64,000 bases of DNA from Candidatus Woesebacteria bacterium RIFCSPLOWO2_01_FULL_39_61. Its GTDB lineage: Bacteria; Patescibacteriota; Microgenomatia; UBA8517. Where the stretch lies: positions 23-64,022 of the forward strand of contig MGHI01000005.1 in the NCBI GenBank assembly GCA_001793155.1, written 5' to 3'. Numbering within the stretch: the stretch's first letter is position 1; every line of letters begins with the position of its first letter. A program made the translations under genes and the position numbers. Positions 46,964 to 57,476 of the stretch are shown in pieces. The notes below the pieces were generated by a model. The model was given only the letters and a program-made list of their open reading frames with translations. It ran no database searches and was not told the origin of the DNA.

Positions 46964-48847
46964 CTAAAAATTTATGCTGTCGTCGAGGGCATCGAGATCG
47001 ATTGTATCTGTATTATCTGACTCTTCAATTTCAAGATAGGAGTTTTCTACGCCCTCTAATAAATTTTCTGGAATGTCGATGATAAAACGCGAAGGAGGAT
47101 TTGAGGCTCTTTGGCCAAAATACAGCCTTCGACCCGCGTAGGTTAAATAAAGGATGTCTTTGGCTCTGGTGATACCCACATACGCCAGGCGTCTTTCTTC
47201 CTCCAGCTGATTCATGTCAAAAAGAGATCTAGCGTGAGGGAAAAGTCCTTCTTCCATTCCCACAATAAAAACAGTGGGGAACTCCAAACCTTTTGCAGCA
47301 TGAAGAGTCATTAATGTTACTTTCCCCTTACTCTCTTCCTGATGTCTGACAATGCCCTTTTCACTTTGTTCTGCCTCAACCAAAGCAACATTTTCCAGAA
47401 ATTCAGTCAGATTAGGGAAGGCGGTAGCAACAGATCGAAGTTCTTTGATGTTTTCCAAGCGTGCCAAGTTTTCTTCAGTCTCTTTATGGTATTTTGATAG
47501 GTAGTCTGTTTTTTGAAACATGGCGTCCATCAGACTCAAGGTCGTTAATTTTTCAGACCAATTTTCCGGTAAATCTTTCTCAAAATTCTGAAATCTTTCC
47601 ACCTGTCGAATACCGAGCTTTTCAATTCGTTTTTTTGAAACTCTGTCTTTGGGATTAACAAGTAACCTTAAGAAAGATATTACATCTTTAACTTCTTTGC
47701 GTGAGTAGAATCTGACACCACCGACAAGGGTATAGGGGATGCCAGCGTGGAGAAAGGCTTCCTCCAAAACCCTCGATTGGGCATTAGTTCTATAAAGAAT
47801 TGCAAAGTCGTGGAATTCCAGCCCTTGGGTAATTAGTTTATCAACTTCGCCCAGGACAAACTGTGCTTCGTCCAACTCAGATCTTGCTCTATAAACTTTT
47901 ATTTTTTCGCTACCGACTTTATCTGTCCAAAGCTTCAAGATCGGGTGCAATGTATTTCTTTTGATTACCGAGTTAGCAGCATCAAGAATTGTTTGTGTGG
48001 ATCGATAGTTTTGTTCCAAATTAATAACTTTTAGTTTGGGATAATCCCGAATCAAATTGTTTATATTTCGGAAGTCAGCTCCGCGCCAAGAATAAATAGA
48101 CTGTGCCGCATCCCCAACGGCGGTTAAATTCTCGTTCTGTTCCACGAGTTGTTTTGTCAATTTATACTGAACTTTATTTGTATCCTGCCACTCGTCGACA
48201 AAAATATGGGTAAGAACGTCCTGCCAGCGGGTTAATGTTTCAGGACTTTCGTCAAAAAGTTTAACAGCTTTTAAGAGTAAATCGTCAAAATCCAAGGCTC
48301 CAACTTTTTTGAGGAGCTTTTCATATTCAGTCCAAATCTTGAAAACCTTTTCCTGCCACTCGCCCCGGACAAGCTCGGCATATAAACTGGGAGTTAACAT
48401 CTGATTTTTCGCCTCGGAAATTTGGGAGGAAATTGCATTAGGGTTATATTTATCGGTCGAAAGATTCAACTCCGTCAGTATTTCTTTAATTATCTCTTTA
48501 GAATCGTCTTCGTCGTATATTAAAAAATTAGCAGGAATGTCAATTGCGAGGCCATCCTTTCTTAAAACTCTTACACAAAAAGAGTGGAAGGTACCTGCAA
48601 AAGCAGGGACTTCGTGGATAAGGTTAAGCACTCGTTCTTTCATTTCGGTGGCGGCCTTATTGGTAAATGTGAGCAAAAGTACGTTTTCGGATCTAACCCT
48701 TCCCTGATCTATAAACCATGCAACACGGTAAGTAAGTACGCGGGTTTTCCCCGAACCGGCTCCGGCAAGGACCAATAATGGACCGCCTGAAAAAGTTACG
48801 GCTTCTTGCTGCCGCGCGTTAAGGTTATTTAGAAACTTGTCAGCCAT
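46964..48847 (-). CDS. pcrA: ATP-dependent DNA helicase PcrA/UvrD
   Basis: AGAGSGKT, VDEWQD, QNYRST, LYRTNAQSR, HAAKGLEF, EERRLAYVGITRA. Confidence 0.93.
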   Translation of the reverse strand: MADKFLNNLNARQQEAVTFSGGPLLVLAGAGSGKTRVLTYRVAWFIDQGRVRSENVLLLTFTNKAATEMKERVLNLIHEVPAFAGTFHSFCVRVLRKDGLAIDIPANFLIYDEDDSKEIIKEILTELNLSTDKYNPNAISSQISEAKNQMLTPSLYAELVRGEWQEKVFKIWTEYEKLLKKVGALDFDDLLLKAVKLFDESPETLTRWQDVLTHIFVDEWQDTNKVQYKLTKQLVEQNENLTAVGDAAQSIYSWRGADFRNINNLIRDYPKLKVINLEQNYRSTQTILDAANSVIKRNTLHPILKLWTDKVGSEKIKVYRARSELDEAQFVLGEVDKLITQGLEFHDFAILYRTNAQSRVLEEAFLHAGIPYTLVGGVRFYSRKEVKDVISFLRLLVNPKDRVSKKRIEKLGIRQVERFQNFEKDLPENWSEKLTTLSLMDAMFQKTDYLSKYHKETEENLARLENIKELRSVATAFPNLTEFLENVALVEAEQSEKGIVRHQEESKGKVTLMTLHAAKGLEFPTVFIVGMEEGLFPHARSLFDMNQLEEERRLAYVGITRAKDILYLTYAGRRLYFGQRASNPPSRFIIDIPENLLEGVENSYLEIEESDNTDTIDLDALDDSINF

Positions 48848-48876
48848 AAATTCTTAACCTAAAATCGGTTTAGGTA

Positions 48877-50079
48877 ATGAAAAGTGAAACCCAAAAAGTA
48901 AATACGAATAATTTTATCACGGAACGTGGAACAATCACGGATGGTGAAAATCTCACGGAAAGCGAATCGCTTACAGAAGAGAATCTGCGATTTACTTTTA
49001 AGAGAACGAGGTTCCAAATTGCAGCCTCCAGAATAAAGAGGAGGATATTCAAGCACGTCAAAATAATGCGTTTGCTAAGCGTTTTTACCTTCGCTGCACT
49101 TTTCTTACTTTTTATAGTCATTTTTAGAAGTCTATTAACAACGATCGGTCTGGGTTATTACTTGGGTCTTTTTTCTGACTTTGTTTTTACCCCGGAGGCA
49201 AAAATAGAATCCATAAATGGGGTTACCAATATACTTATATTGGGAAAAGGGGGTGATGGCCACGAAGCCCCGGATTTGACTGATACGATTATTTTTGCTT
49301 CCATTTCTCACAAAACCGGAAGGATAGTCCTGATTTCCCTGCCCCGCGACATTTGGATTCCGGCACTTCGTGCAAAATTAAATAGCACCTACTATTGGGG
49401 TAACCAGAAAAAAACCGGCGGTGGACTTATACTCGCAAAGTCCCAGGTAGAAGAAATTTTAGGCAAACCTATACAGTATGCCGCAATACTTGATTTTTCA
49501 GGATTTAAACAAATAATTGACATTATTGGCGGAATAGATGTTAACGTTGAGAACTCCTTTACTGATAATAAATATCCAATTACCGGACGGGAAAATGATA
49601 CCTGTGATGGTGATAGAGAATTTAAATGTCGATACGAAACAATTTCCTTCGAAAAAGGGACTCAGCATATGGATGGGGAGCTTACTCTGAAGTTTGTACG
49701 GAGCCGAAACTCCGAGGGAGATGAAGGCACAGATCTTGCCAGAGAGAAAAGACAGCAGAAGGTGATAGATGCCATCAAAGATAGAGTTTTAGATAGAGAA
49801 ATTCTATTATCCCCCAAAACACTTCTTGCACTTAAAAACACACTGGCGGCATCAACAGAAACAGATTTGAACGTTTCAAATACGGCGATATTAGCAAGAA
49901 GATTATTCGACTCGCGCGATGAGGTCTATTCATACGTGCTCCCTCAGAATTTTCTTGTAAATCCACCGATTTCACCAACACATGACAACCTTTATGTCTT
50001 TATTCCAAAAGATAAAAAATGGGATAAGGTACAGGAGTGGGTTGAGTGTGTAATAGACCAGAGAGATGGATGTCAATGA
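48877..50079 (+). CDS. LCP (LytR-CpsA-Psr) family protein
   Basis: NILILG..DLTDTII..ISLPRD..KLN; FVRSR..D.AR..RQQ. Confidence 0.92.
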   Translation: MKSETQKVNTNNFITERGTITDGENLTESESLTEENLRFTFKRTRFQIAASRIKRRIFKHVKIMRLLSVFTFAALFLLFIVIFRSLLTTIGLGYYLGLFSDFVFTPEAKIESINGVTNILILGKGGDGHEAPDLTDTIIFASISHKTGRIVLISLPRDIWIPALRAKLNSTYYWGNQKKTGGGLILAKSQVEEILGKPIQYAAILDFSGFKQIIDIIGGIDVNVENSFTDNKYPITGRENDTCDGDREFKCRYETISFEKGTQHMDGELTLKFVRSRNSEGDEGTDLAREKRQQKVIDAIKDRVLDREILLSPKTLLALKNTLAASTETDLNVSNTAILARRLFDSRDEVYSYVLPQNFLVNPPISPTHDNLYVFIPKDKKWDKVQEWVECVIDQRDGCQ

Positions 50080-50141
50080 AATGAACCTAGAGCATATCCA
50101 CCTCTTAACAAATGTATAGTTAAAGTGTAAGTTTTATTTAA

Positions 50142-50618
50142 ATGTCTGAGAGAGAAAGGAAAGAAGAAAAATCAGATTCAAGCGGTGGTTCTTATTACTT
50201 CATTTTTCCTGAGGGAACCACTCCTGAAATAATTAAGAAGAAACTACCTCATGCAGGAAAGAATTTTCCTTTGATGGTTGGGGCTAGTCTGTCTCTTACC
50301 TCTTTGGTGTTTGAAGTTGCGGTAAAGCCTAAACTCTTACAAATTCACGAGAGATTCAATGTAGGAATTCCTCTTTACACCAAATTTAGCATTCTTGTTT
50401 CAATTTTTATCCTTATAGTCTATTTTGCCTTTTTATTGCTAAGGAACGAGAAAGTCGAGTATACGAGTGAGGAAATTGCCGAAGGCAAAGTGAAAGTTGT
50501 TCCTATTCAAAAAGAAGATAAACTTCAGAATATTTTTATGTTGACAGTATTGGTTTTGTATTCTGCCTTTATAATAATTGCTACTCTTGGCCCCATCTTT
50601 CAAATGTTAATGAAATAG
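50142..50618 (+). CDS. Hypothetical membrane protein
   Basis: 158-aa ORF with three TM segments. Confidence 0.6.
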   Translation: MSERERKEEKSDSSGGSYYFIFPEGTTPEIIKKKLPHAGKNFPLMVGASLSLTSLVFEVAVKPKLLQIHERFNVGIPLYTKFSILVSIFILIVYFAFLLLRNEKVEYTSEEIAEGKVKVVPIQKEDKLQNIFMLTVLVLYSAFIIIATLGPIFQMLMK

Positions 50619-50658
50619 TAAACGTTTGCTGGGAGAAGTTAATGTTTAAAGATTTCTG

Positions 50659-51156
50659 TCAGTGAGGTGTTTGTAATCTATCCATCAAAGAAGAGGCTAT
50701 GTTTTGTTCGTATTCTTCTTGATTTTCAGGAGCAAAACTCATTTGTGAGGTGTAGGTTCTTGCTGCAGACTCGATATCATTATTAGTTAGTCCAACGACT
50801 TTCCCTGTTGCTTTGGCTAGACGCGTTGCATCGTCTAACTTTAACCAAAATTGTGATTTACCTTTTATTTCACCTTGACGCTCGTGGGGGTATGATATAA
50901 CAACTGTTTCTTCATCTTTATTTTCGAAAGTTCCCCCCAATACTCCCATAAGCAGTTTATTAGGATCAAAAGAAAGGCGATCAATTTTGCCGGGGAAAGT
51001 AATTCTGCCGTTTACAACTTGTATATTACCCATTCCATTTAAAAGATCGAATTGTTGTACTAATGGCGCATGCGCAGTCAATCCGTTTACTTGCCATGCT
51101 TCTAGTGCCAGTGAGTGTGCGATAGCGACGCCTTTTTGCTCTTCTTCAGGATACAT
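50659..51156 (-). CDS. Hypothetical protein
   Basis: 165-aa ORF; TGTATAAT upstream. Confidence 0.6.
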   Translation of the reverse strand: MYPEEEQKGVAIAHSLALEAWQVNGLTAHAPLVQQFDLLNGMGNIQVVNGRITFPGKIDRLSFDPNKLLMGVLGGTFENKDEETVVISYPHERQGEIKGKSQFWLKLDDATRLAKATGKVVGLTNNDIESAARTYTSQMSFAPENQEEYEQNIASSLMDRLQTPH

Positions 51157-51226
51157 AAATTTATTAAGTCAGATTATACAGTAGAAAGCGTTTTTCTTAA
51201 ATTATTCTATAAAAAGGCATATATTT

Positions 51227-53326
51227 TTACTTAACTTTGTAAACTGTAATACCGGGAGTTTGAAAAACTACCCCGCCTAACGAACGGAATTTATCCTCCT
51301 TAATTAATTGAAATTTTTGCCGTTCAAAAGGACCAATAATAACAAATTTCACTTGGTATTTTTCGAGTAAACGCTTGGTGAGCTCTATATCTTCGGATTG
51401 ATAAATCTGGTCAATTTCGCCGACCCTTTCTTGGGGAAATTTGGAATCTCCACGCCATAGCCATTCGTGCACAAACCAGCCCGAAACAGTCGGCAGACCG
51501 GAATATGAAGAAATAATATTAAATTCAGTGTAACTGTCTCCGGGAGCTTCAAGAATTACAGGTTGATCGGGAACTGAAATTCTGAACCACCCAACCGCTT
51601 GGTAAATTTCCGGGTACCTTTCTTTCAACCAAGTATTTCCGGATAAGCCCTTGTAATTTTTAAGATCTGAATAGTAAGACTTAATCCCGAATGCTGGATA
51701 CATAAATATAGCGCTAAAAATTACAACGTAGATTAATAAAAGTGGAATTTTGAGCTTTAATTCTTTCAGAAAGATTAAAGTTCTTATCGCAATATATCCG
51801 CAAAGCGTATAGAAAATTACGAAAGCTTGATAAGTTAACTTAAACATGGTATTTGCTCTGTAGTATGAGGCCGTATAGATATCTTTTACATAAATAACTT
51901 CAGGCAATAGGATTAGTATCCAAGCGGAGGCTAGTAAAGATAAAGTAAAAAGGTCCGAAAAGGAAACGTTTTTGAAACGTTTTGTCTCGAGAAAAAGAGT
52001 CAACCAATAAAGTATGGTTATAATTAACGGAAATCCCCAAAGTATGGCGAGCTGCCAGAGGGGTGAGTGCGTTTTGACCAGCGCCACACCTTGGGCAATA
52101 GATTCAAAATGGATAATGAAAAGTAAAGAGGTAAGAAGGGCAATTAAAAGCATGGTTCCGGTTTGTAAGGCCGTGTGAATGAATGTCTTTATCCTAAGGC
52201 GATGCTTTTTGAGATTAAATATAAAAATCGTAACACCAGAAACCAGCAAGTAATTACCAAAATCCCAAGTATTGGCCATAAAAAAGATTCCCAAGGTAAA
52301 ACCCAAAACAAGGGTCTTTTTATAGTTGAATGAAGCAAAGTCTTTCATAAAGGAAGCAAGCAACCCAATAAACATAAGGACAATGGGAAGATTGATAAGA
52401 TGCGGGTGAAGATCCGATACGATGAAAGAATATATCGGAAATTCGTGAATAGTTTTATCGTTTGTTTCCGGATTATAGCCTATGAAACGGGTTGCGTCTG
52501 GATACCAGTATTTGTCTTTGCCCTCTTTTAATACATAAACCGCGCTGTGGAAGTTACCGGCAAGGATAAGTGCAAATCCCGATAATATTCCGGCTGCGAT
52601 TACGGCTCTTGTTTTAAGACGCACTTCAGAATTCCCCAAGCTGCCGAGCTTGGGGACGGATGAAGCAAGACTAGAAGCCTTGGCTTCACTTTTCGGTTTT
52701 AGCTGGGATAGAAGGAACGTTGCAATTGCGAAGGATCCCGAAAGACTCAACCCCATTATGGTAGCGAGCATTAAATTATAGGTGATATAAGAGGGTATCT
52801 GTGTTATTTTTGTGGCTACGGCTACCCAAAGATGGCCGAACCAATAGTAATTTATGGATTTTCCTGCAAACCACATATCGGCTGGTGGTAAATATTTTGT
52901 ACGTAAGATGGAATTTATAAAGCCGAAATCCATAAGTTTTTCCAAACCCAAAATATCCGGCTGGTGGGTGCGGACGTAACTCCAGGTAAGAAGTCCAAAC
53001 GTAAATAGTATTTCTTGCAGTATTAATACCCTAATATTTTTTTTGAACATCTTGAAAAGTTTATCTTTATGTTTTATCAAGAAAGCAAGATTGATTATTA
53101 TCCAAAAGCCGATTACTAGATAAAGATAAAAGTTAGAAAAGGGAGCAATTTTTAAAGAAGAAAGGACAAAGATTGTGAAGGTAATAAATATAAATCCTAC
53201 AGTTTTAATGAAGGCGGATGATAGAAAGCGGTCTTTAAAAAGCAAAAACGTAACCGGGGCTGAAATTAGTCCTACAAGAAAAAATGTTGACCACCAAGTA
53301 AAAATATTTAGTAAATCCTGGTTCAT
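51227..53326 (-). CDS. DUF2298 (YYY) membrane protein, putative GT-C
   Basis: EKLMDFGF, D.WFAG..INYY, TI.EFP.YSF..DLHPH, NTWD, RANTMFK, GLPTV.GW..HE..WR. Confidence 0.88.
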   Translation of the reverse strand: MNQDLLNIFTWWSTFFLVGLISAPVTFLLFKDRFLSSAFIKTVGFIFITFTIFVLSSLKIAPFSNFYLYLVIGFWIIINLAFLIKHKDKLFKMFKKNIRVLILQEILFTFGLLTWSYVRTHQPDILGLEKLMDFGFINSILRTKYLPPADMWFAGKSINYYWFGHLWVAVATKITQIPSYITYNLMLATIMGLSLSGSFAIATFLLSQLKPKSEAKASSLASSVPKLGSLGNSEVRLKTRAVIAAGILSGFALILAGNFHSAVYVLKEGKDKYWYPDATRFIGYNPETNDKTIHEFPIYSFIVSDLHPHLINLPIVLMFIGLLASFMKDFASFNYKKTLVLGFTLGIFFMANTWDFGNYLLVSGVTIFIFNLKKHRLRIKTFIHTALQTGTMLLIALLTSLLFIIHFESIAQGVALVKTHSPLWQLAILWGFPLIITILYWLTLFLETKRFKNVSFSDLFTLSLLASAWILILLPEVIYVKDIYTASYYRANTMFKLTYQAFVIFYTLCGYIAIRTLIFLKELKLKIPLLLIYVVIFSAIFMYPAFGIKSYYSDLKNYKGLSGNTWLKERYPEIYQAVGWFRISVPDQPVILEAPGDSYTEFNIISSYSGLPTVSGWFVHEWLWRGDSKFPQERVGEIDQIYQSEDIELTKRLLEKYQVKFVIIGPFERQKFQLIKEDKFRSLGGVVFQTPGITVYKVK

Positions 53327-53400
53327 AATTTAGACTTATATAAAAGGGAAGTTTAAATTAATATATTTGTATTGTAATTACAATGAATTGAAAATTATAT

Positions 53401-55092
53401 ATGAAAAAGCGTTTATTTATATTTTATCTGCTCATAACCTCACTACTTTTTTTTGCAAGAGTTGTTGTTTTTGCGGACCGATTGGGAGGAGTAGAGCACG
53501 ACAGCGGGTGGTACCTGGGTGTTGCGAGAAATTTAGCCCAACGGGGAATCTATGCATCGTACACAAATACTATAATTCCGGAAGAGCAGGGAGACTACCC
53601 CAGTATTCACGGAAGGTTCTCGGTTCAGGATGAAAACGGATATTCCTACTTTCCAGCCGGGGTAACTGTCGGGCCGGGATATATTATTCCCGAGGCAATA
53701 CTTTTGAAGATTTTCGGTTACGACTTTTGGCAGTTTCGGCTTTGGCCGTTAATATCTTTTTTGGGTTTATTAATACTGGTTTTTTATTTTGCTTACAAAT
53801 TGGGTGGCTGGATTTCACTGATAATTTTATACATTTGGCTATGGCTTTTTCCTCAAATTTATTTACCCATGGCCTATGAGGCCTATGGCGAACATGTTGC
53901 GTTATTTTATTTGCTTTTAAGTTTTTTTCTGTTTTTAAGAAAATCAAAAACTGAGAGATCAAATTATTTTTTGATGTTTATCTCAGGCGTTATTTTCTCT
54001 TTGTCGGTTTTGACTAAGTATCTGATGCTTCTTGCAATATCTTCCTTCGGTTTCATTTTCTTGTGCGACGTATTTTTAATGTTTCGGAAAAAAGACCCCA
54101 GACAAACAAGACAAAAGATTTTTGGATGGATCGTCTGGGGATTGGGATTTGTCTTGCCGATGGCTATTTTTGAAGTCTATCGCTATCTGAGTTTAGTATC
54201 TCAGTTCGGAGTTCAAGGTTGGAAGGCAATTAATAAAGATATTCAAATTCATCTTGCCCAAAACGGCAGCGGCCTGAAGTTGCTAAAACTTGATTATAAT
54301 TTTGTCTTTAAAAAGTTTTTAATTTGGGAAAAGTTTGGATTTAGGTACGGGTTTTTGGCATGGACGGTTTTAGCTTTTTATACGCTTCAAATTCTGTATA
54401 AAAAACGCAAAGGTGATATTCAGATTTTTAGTCTATTTATAGTATCCAGCCTAGCAGGGTTAATTTGGTTTACATTCTTTTCTCCGACAGGATGGACAAG
54501 ACATGCTTGGATGAGTTTAGTTTTAGGCCTTGTGCTTATAGCCTCATTTTTGGGCAGTTTAATAAGTCGAATTAAAATGAAGAAGAAATTTGGTTTTACC
54601 TTAATTTTGGGAGCGTCTATTTTGTTAACGCAGAGATTAAGTATGGCGCACCCCAAGTTTTCTATTGACGAATCGGTGATTAATAAATGGGAACTTCAAA
54701 GGTATGAAGGCGGATTGCAGGGTTTGCCTACAAATACAATTGCCTCGCTTAGTGATCAGAAGGAACTGAAATCTTTTTTTGAAAAAAACGTTAAAAATAA
54801 AGATAGGGTTTATTATCTGGGGTGGTTTCTGGTTGCCGAAGCCTCTCCGATTGTCGATAAGGTATTTTATACATACGATAGATATGAATATTTGCAAAGG
54901 AAAAATCCCCAGAATGGTGTATCGTACCTGATTTTAGGGCCATACCAAAAGGGTAGGCTGTCTTTAGTGGGTCAATCATATGTTCCGAAAAAAATCGATA
55001 GCTTATGCAACAAAGTCGTTTTTAATAATCCCTCATACACCCTGTGTACTCTCAGGAACGACGTGAATTATACAAACCGTGCCTATGAGTAG
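53401..55092 (+). CDS. GT-C-like multi-TM membrane protein
   Basis: D.GWY..VARNL; TVGP; YGE; TK motif. Confidence 0.7.
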   Translation: MKKRLFIFYLLITSLLFFARVVVFADRLGGVEHDSGWYLGVARNLAQRGIYASYTNTIIPEEQGDYPSIHGRFSVQDENGYSYFPAGVTVGPGYIIPEAILLKIFGYDFWQFRLWPLISFLGLLILVFYFAYKLGGWISLIILYIWLWLFPQIYLPMAYEAYGEHVALFYLLLSFFLFLRKSKTERSNYFLMFISGVIFSLSVLTKYLMLLAISSFGFIFLCDVFLMFRKKDPRQTRQKIFGWIVWGLGFVLPMAIFEVYRYLSLVSQFGVQGWKAINKDIQIHLAQNGSGLKLLKLDYNFVFKKFLIWEKFGFRYGFLAWTVLAFYTLQILYKKRKGDIQIFSLFIVSSLAGLIWFTFFSPTGWTRHAWMSLVLGLVLIASFLGSLISRIKMKKKFGFTLILGASILLTQRLSMAHPKFSIDESVINKWELQRYEGGLQGLPTNTIASLSDQKELKSFFEKNVKNKDRVYYLGWFLVAEASPIVDKVFYTYDRYEYLQRKNPQNGVSYLILGPYQKGRLSLVGQSYVPKKIDSLCNKVVFNNPSYTLCTLRNDVNYTNRAYE

Positions 55093-56841
55093 CTATCTGC
55101 CTTTAAGAATCGACAGCAACTTTTCTTTTTCTAGATTGTATTCTTTTTTGTATACGATGATTCTTGGGTGATCAAAAACGCTCCAGGTTTCTTCAGCATC
55201 TTCGTCCGTGATTTCAAAACTCATACCCACGAAAGAAAGTTGTGGGTATGAGGTAAATTCTATCAATTTGGTGAAACCGAGCGTTCCCTGAAACAAATTT
55301 GTGTAAAAGTTATTGACCAGCGGGTATTGAGCGGCCAACCTCTGGTGATTTTTATAAATTCTTCTTCCCTGAATGATAAAATAATCCGCCTCACCAAGGT
55401 TTTTCGAAAGTTCATTGAGCATTTTCGGATTCTGATCAAGGTCATAAAAATCAAAAGTTACTTTTTTATAATTTCCGGCTAAAGGAACTTCCAGCATATT
55501 TCTGGCTTCTGTTAAAAAGAGGGAATCGGGCTTTATATTTTCTTGGACCCAGTTTGTAGCGCTAACCCTGATGTCCTTTTTTGTATAAATAGAAAAAAAC
55601 ATAGTCGACCAAAAAACTGTAACGAAAATTGTGGTTATGGTTACTATATTTGCTAATTTCTTTTTACCCGTTGCTTCAAGTTTGTCTATAAATAGACCGG
55701 TAAATATTGCCCAAAAGGGAAAAGTCGGGGCAATAAAGCGAGCCCACTTGGCAAAAAGCAGCGAGTTTGAAAGAAAAAAAAGAACGAATCCGAGAAAGAT
55801 CACAGCGTGCGGGAGGGATTTTTTTATGACATCCCCAGCGGACTTATTATGTACGCGGTTTCCTCTAAAGTAAGATGACATATGAGCGTTCAATTCATCC
55901 TCGGGCTGAAAGCTCGGGATTTTCTTGAATGCTCCTATAATATTTTGGGCCAGAACCAAAAAGCCCAATAATCCGAAGACCAAAAGGGCGGGTCCTAATG
56001 AGTAAGGAAGAATTTTTTGGAATTGAAAAATGATAGGCACGGTATTTATAAACTGTCTTGTATAAAAAACAACCTGCGATCCGTTCGCAACCGAACCCTC
56101 ATAATTGAGTGAAGACCTAAAATGTTCCCAGTCTAAAAAACTATAAGGAAAAAAGATAAAAAAAGTAATGCAGATAAGCGCGACTATCATAAAAAGACTT
56201 TTTACTTTTCGGACGAAATATTTAGAAAAAATCTTTCCGTAATCAAACATCAAAAGGCCATAGATCGGTAAAAAAGTGATGGCGACTATTTTTACCGCAG
56301 ACGCAACTCCCAGCGTTATCGCCGAAAGATATAAAAGTTTTCTATTTTTGTGCTCTAACCAGGAGACAACCAAATATATTGTCAAAAAAAGCCAAAACAT
56401 TAAACTTGATTCGGGAGTAGCAAAATGAGCTTGTTGGATTAAGCCCGGAGTGATTGCAGTCAGGAATGTTACCAACATGGAAATGTTTGTTTTTTTGGTT
56501 AGTCTTTTAGTTAAATAAAAGACTACGAACAGGCTTAAAGTCGAAAATAGCGCGGAATAGATTCTTCCGATAAAAAAGACAGAAGGATAGTTAACAGAGA
56601 AACCCAGCTTTAAAAGAACTAATTTAGTGAAGTAAATAAGGTATATTGTGAAGCTTCCGTAAGAGAAGAAGTTGGGATTCATTTGCGTGGGGAATGAAAG
56701 TCGGTTGACCGAATTCACAATATGATATTCGTCGGGATGAAAGAAATATCCGTCGCCCCAATCAATTTTATAAAATCTTAAAAAAGCCCCGAAGATGAGG
56801 ATAGTGAAAATCAAAAAGTTGAAATCACGGTTCAGCTTCAT
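55093..56841 (-). CDS. GT39/PMT-like membrane glycosyltransferase
   Basis: FHPDE, NPNFFSYGS, IQQAHF, AEETWSVFDHP. Confidence 0.85.
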   Translation of the reverse strand: MKLNRDFNFLIFTILIFGAFLRFYKIDWGDGYFFHPDEYHIVNSVNRLSFPTQMNPNFFSYGSFTIYLIYFTKLVLLKLGFSVNYPSVFFIGRIYSALFSTLSLFVVFYLTKRLTKKTNISMLVTFLTAITPGLIQQAHFATPESSLMFWLFLTIYLVVSWLEHKNRKLLYLSAITLGVASAVKIVAITFLPIYGLLMFDYGKIFSKYFVRKVKSLFMIVALICITFFIFFPYSFLDWEHFRSSLNYEGSVANGSQVVFYTRQFINTVPIIFQFQKILPYSLGPALLVFGLLGFLVLAQNIIGAFKKIPSFQPEDELNAHMSSYFRGNRVHNKSAGDVIKKSLPHAVIFLGFVLFFLSNSLLFAKWARFIAPTFPFWAIFTGLFIDKLEATGKKKLANIVTITTIFVTVFWSTMFFSIYTKKDIRVSATNWVQENIKPDSLFLTEARNMLEVPLAGNYKKVTFDFYDLDQNPKMLNELSKNLGEADYFIIQGRRIYKNHQRLAAQYPLVNNFYTNLFQGTLGFTKLIEFTSYPQLSFVGMSFEITDEDAEETWSVFDHPRIIVYKKEYNLEKEKLLSILKGR

Positions 56842-56916
56842 ATTAGTCGGATTAAGTATAGCTTTATACCCCCGAACTTAACAGTGGAGTTAAAGACAGA
56901 AGTGAAGAAATCCAGC

Positions 56917-57447
56917 TTAAAATGCCAGTAAGAATGCAGCTAAGATGAGAAGTATTCCCGCCAAACCGATAATAAGTGTTGGGGTTGCGATTCCTGCGTC
57001 CGGCAACGCTGCACCACCCGGAGTCGGAGAGGCAGCAGCAATATAGGCTGTAGTAGGAGTGGGTGTGGCTTGAGCTATGGTCGTTGGTGTCGGACTTATA
57101 CCCCCTACAGGTGGTTGAGTCGGAGTAGGAGTATTAGTAGGCGTAGAGGTCGGCACAGGTGTAGTAGTTACGCTTGGAACTGGTGTGAGAGTTTGTGACG
57201 GAACAGGTGTTAGTGTATTGGTTGGAGATAGTGAAGGGGTGGGTTCAGTAATTGAGAAAGTCAGAAGTTCGCAAGAATTTATTTCTGGCTGGGTTGCCTC
57301 AGGTTCACTTTCAGGCTGGGTTAAGGATATAGACTCTTGCCTTAACTGATAAAGCCTAAGTGCAGTAAATATTGCAACCCCCGCAAGTATGACTGTTGCG
57401 GCAACTACCAATATTGTTACAAATTTTCCTTTAAATAAGTCTTTCAT
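56917..57447 (-). CDS. Pro/Thr-rich surface protein with LPxAG-like C-terminal anchor
   Basis: N-terminal TM, TPTP repeats, ALPDAG followed by a hydrophobic tail. Confidence 0.7.
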   Translation of the reverse strand: MKDLFKGKFVTILVVAATVILAGVAIFTALRLYQLRQESISLTQPESEPEATQPEINSCELLTFSITEPTPSLSPTNTLTPVPSQTLTPVPSVTTTPVPTSTPTNTPTPTQPPVGGISPTPTTIAQATPTPTTAYIAAASPTPGGAALPDAGIATPTLIIGLAGILLILAAFLLAF

Positions 57448-57476
57448 ATTTAATTTTGCTTTCTTTTTTTGTCTGA

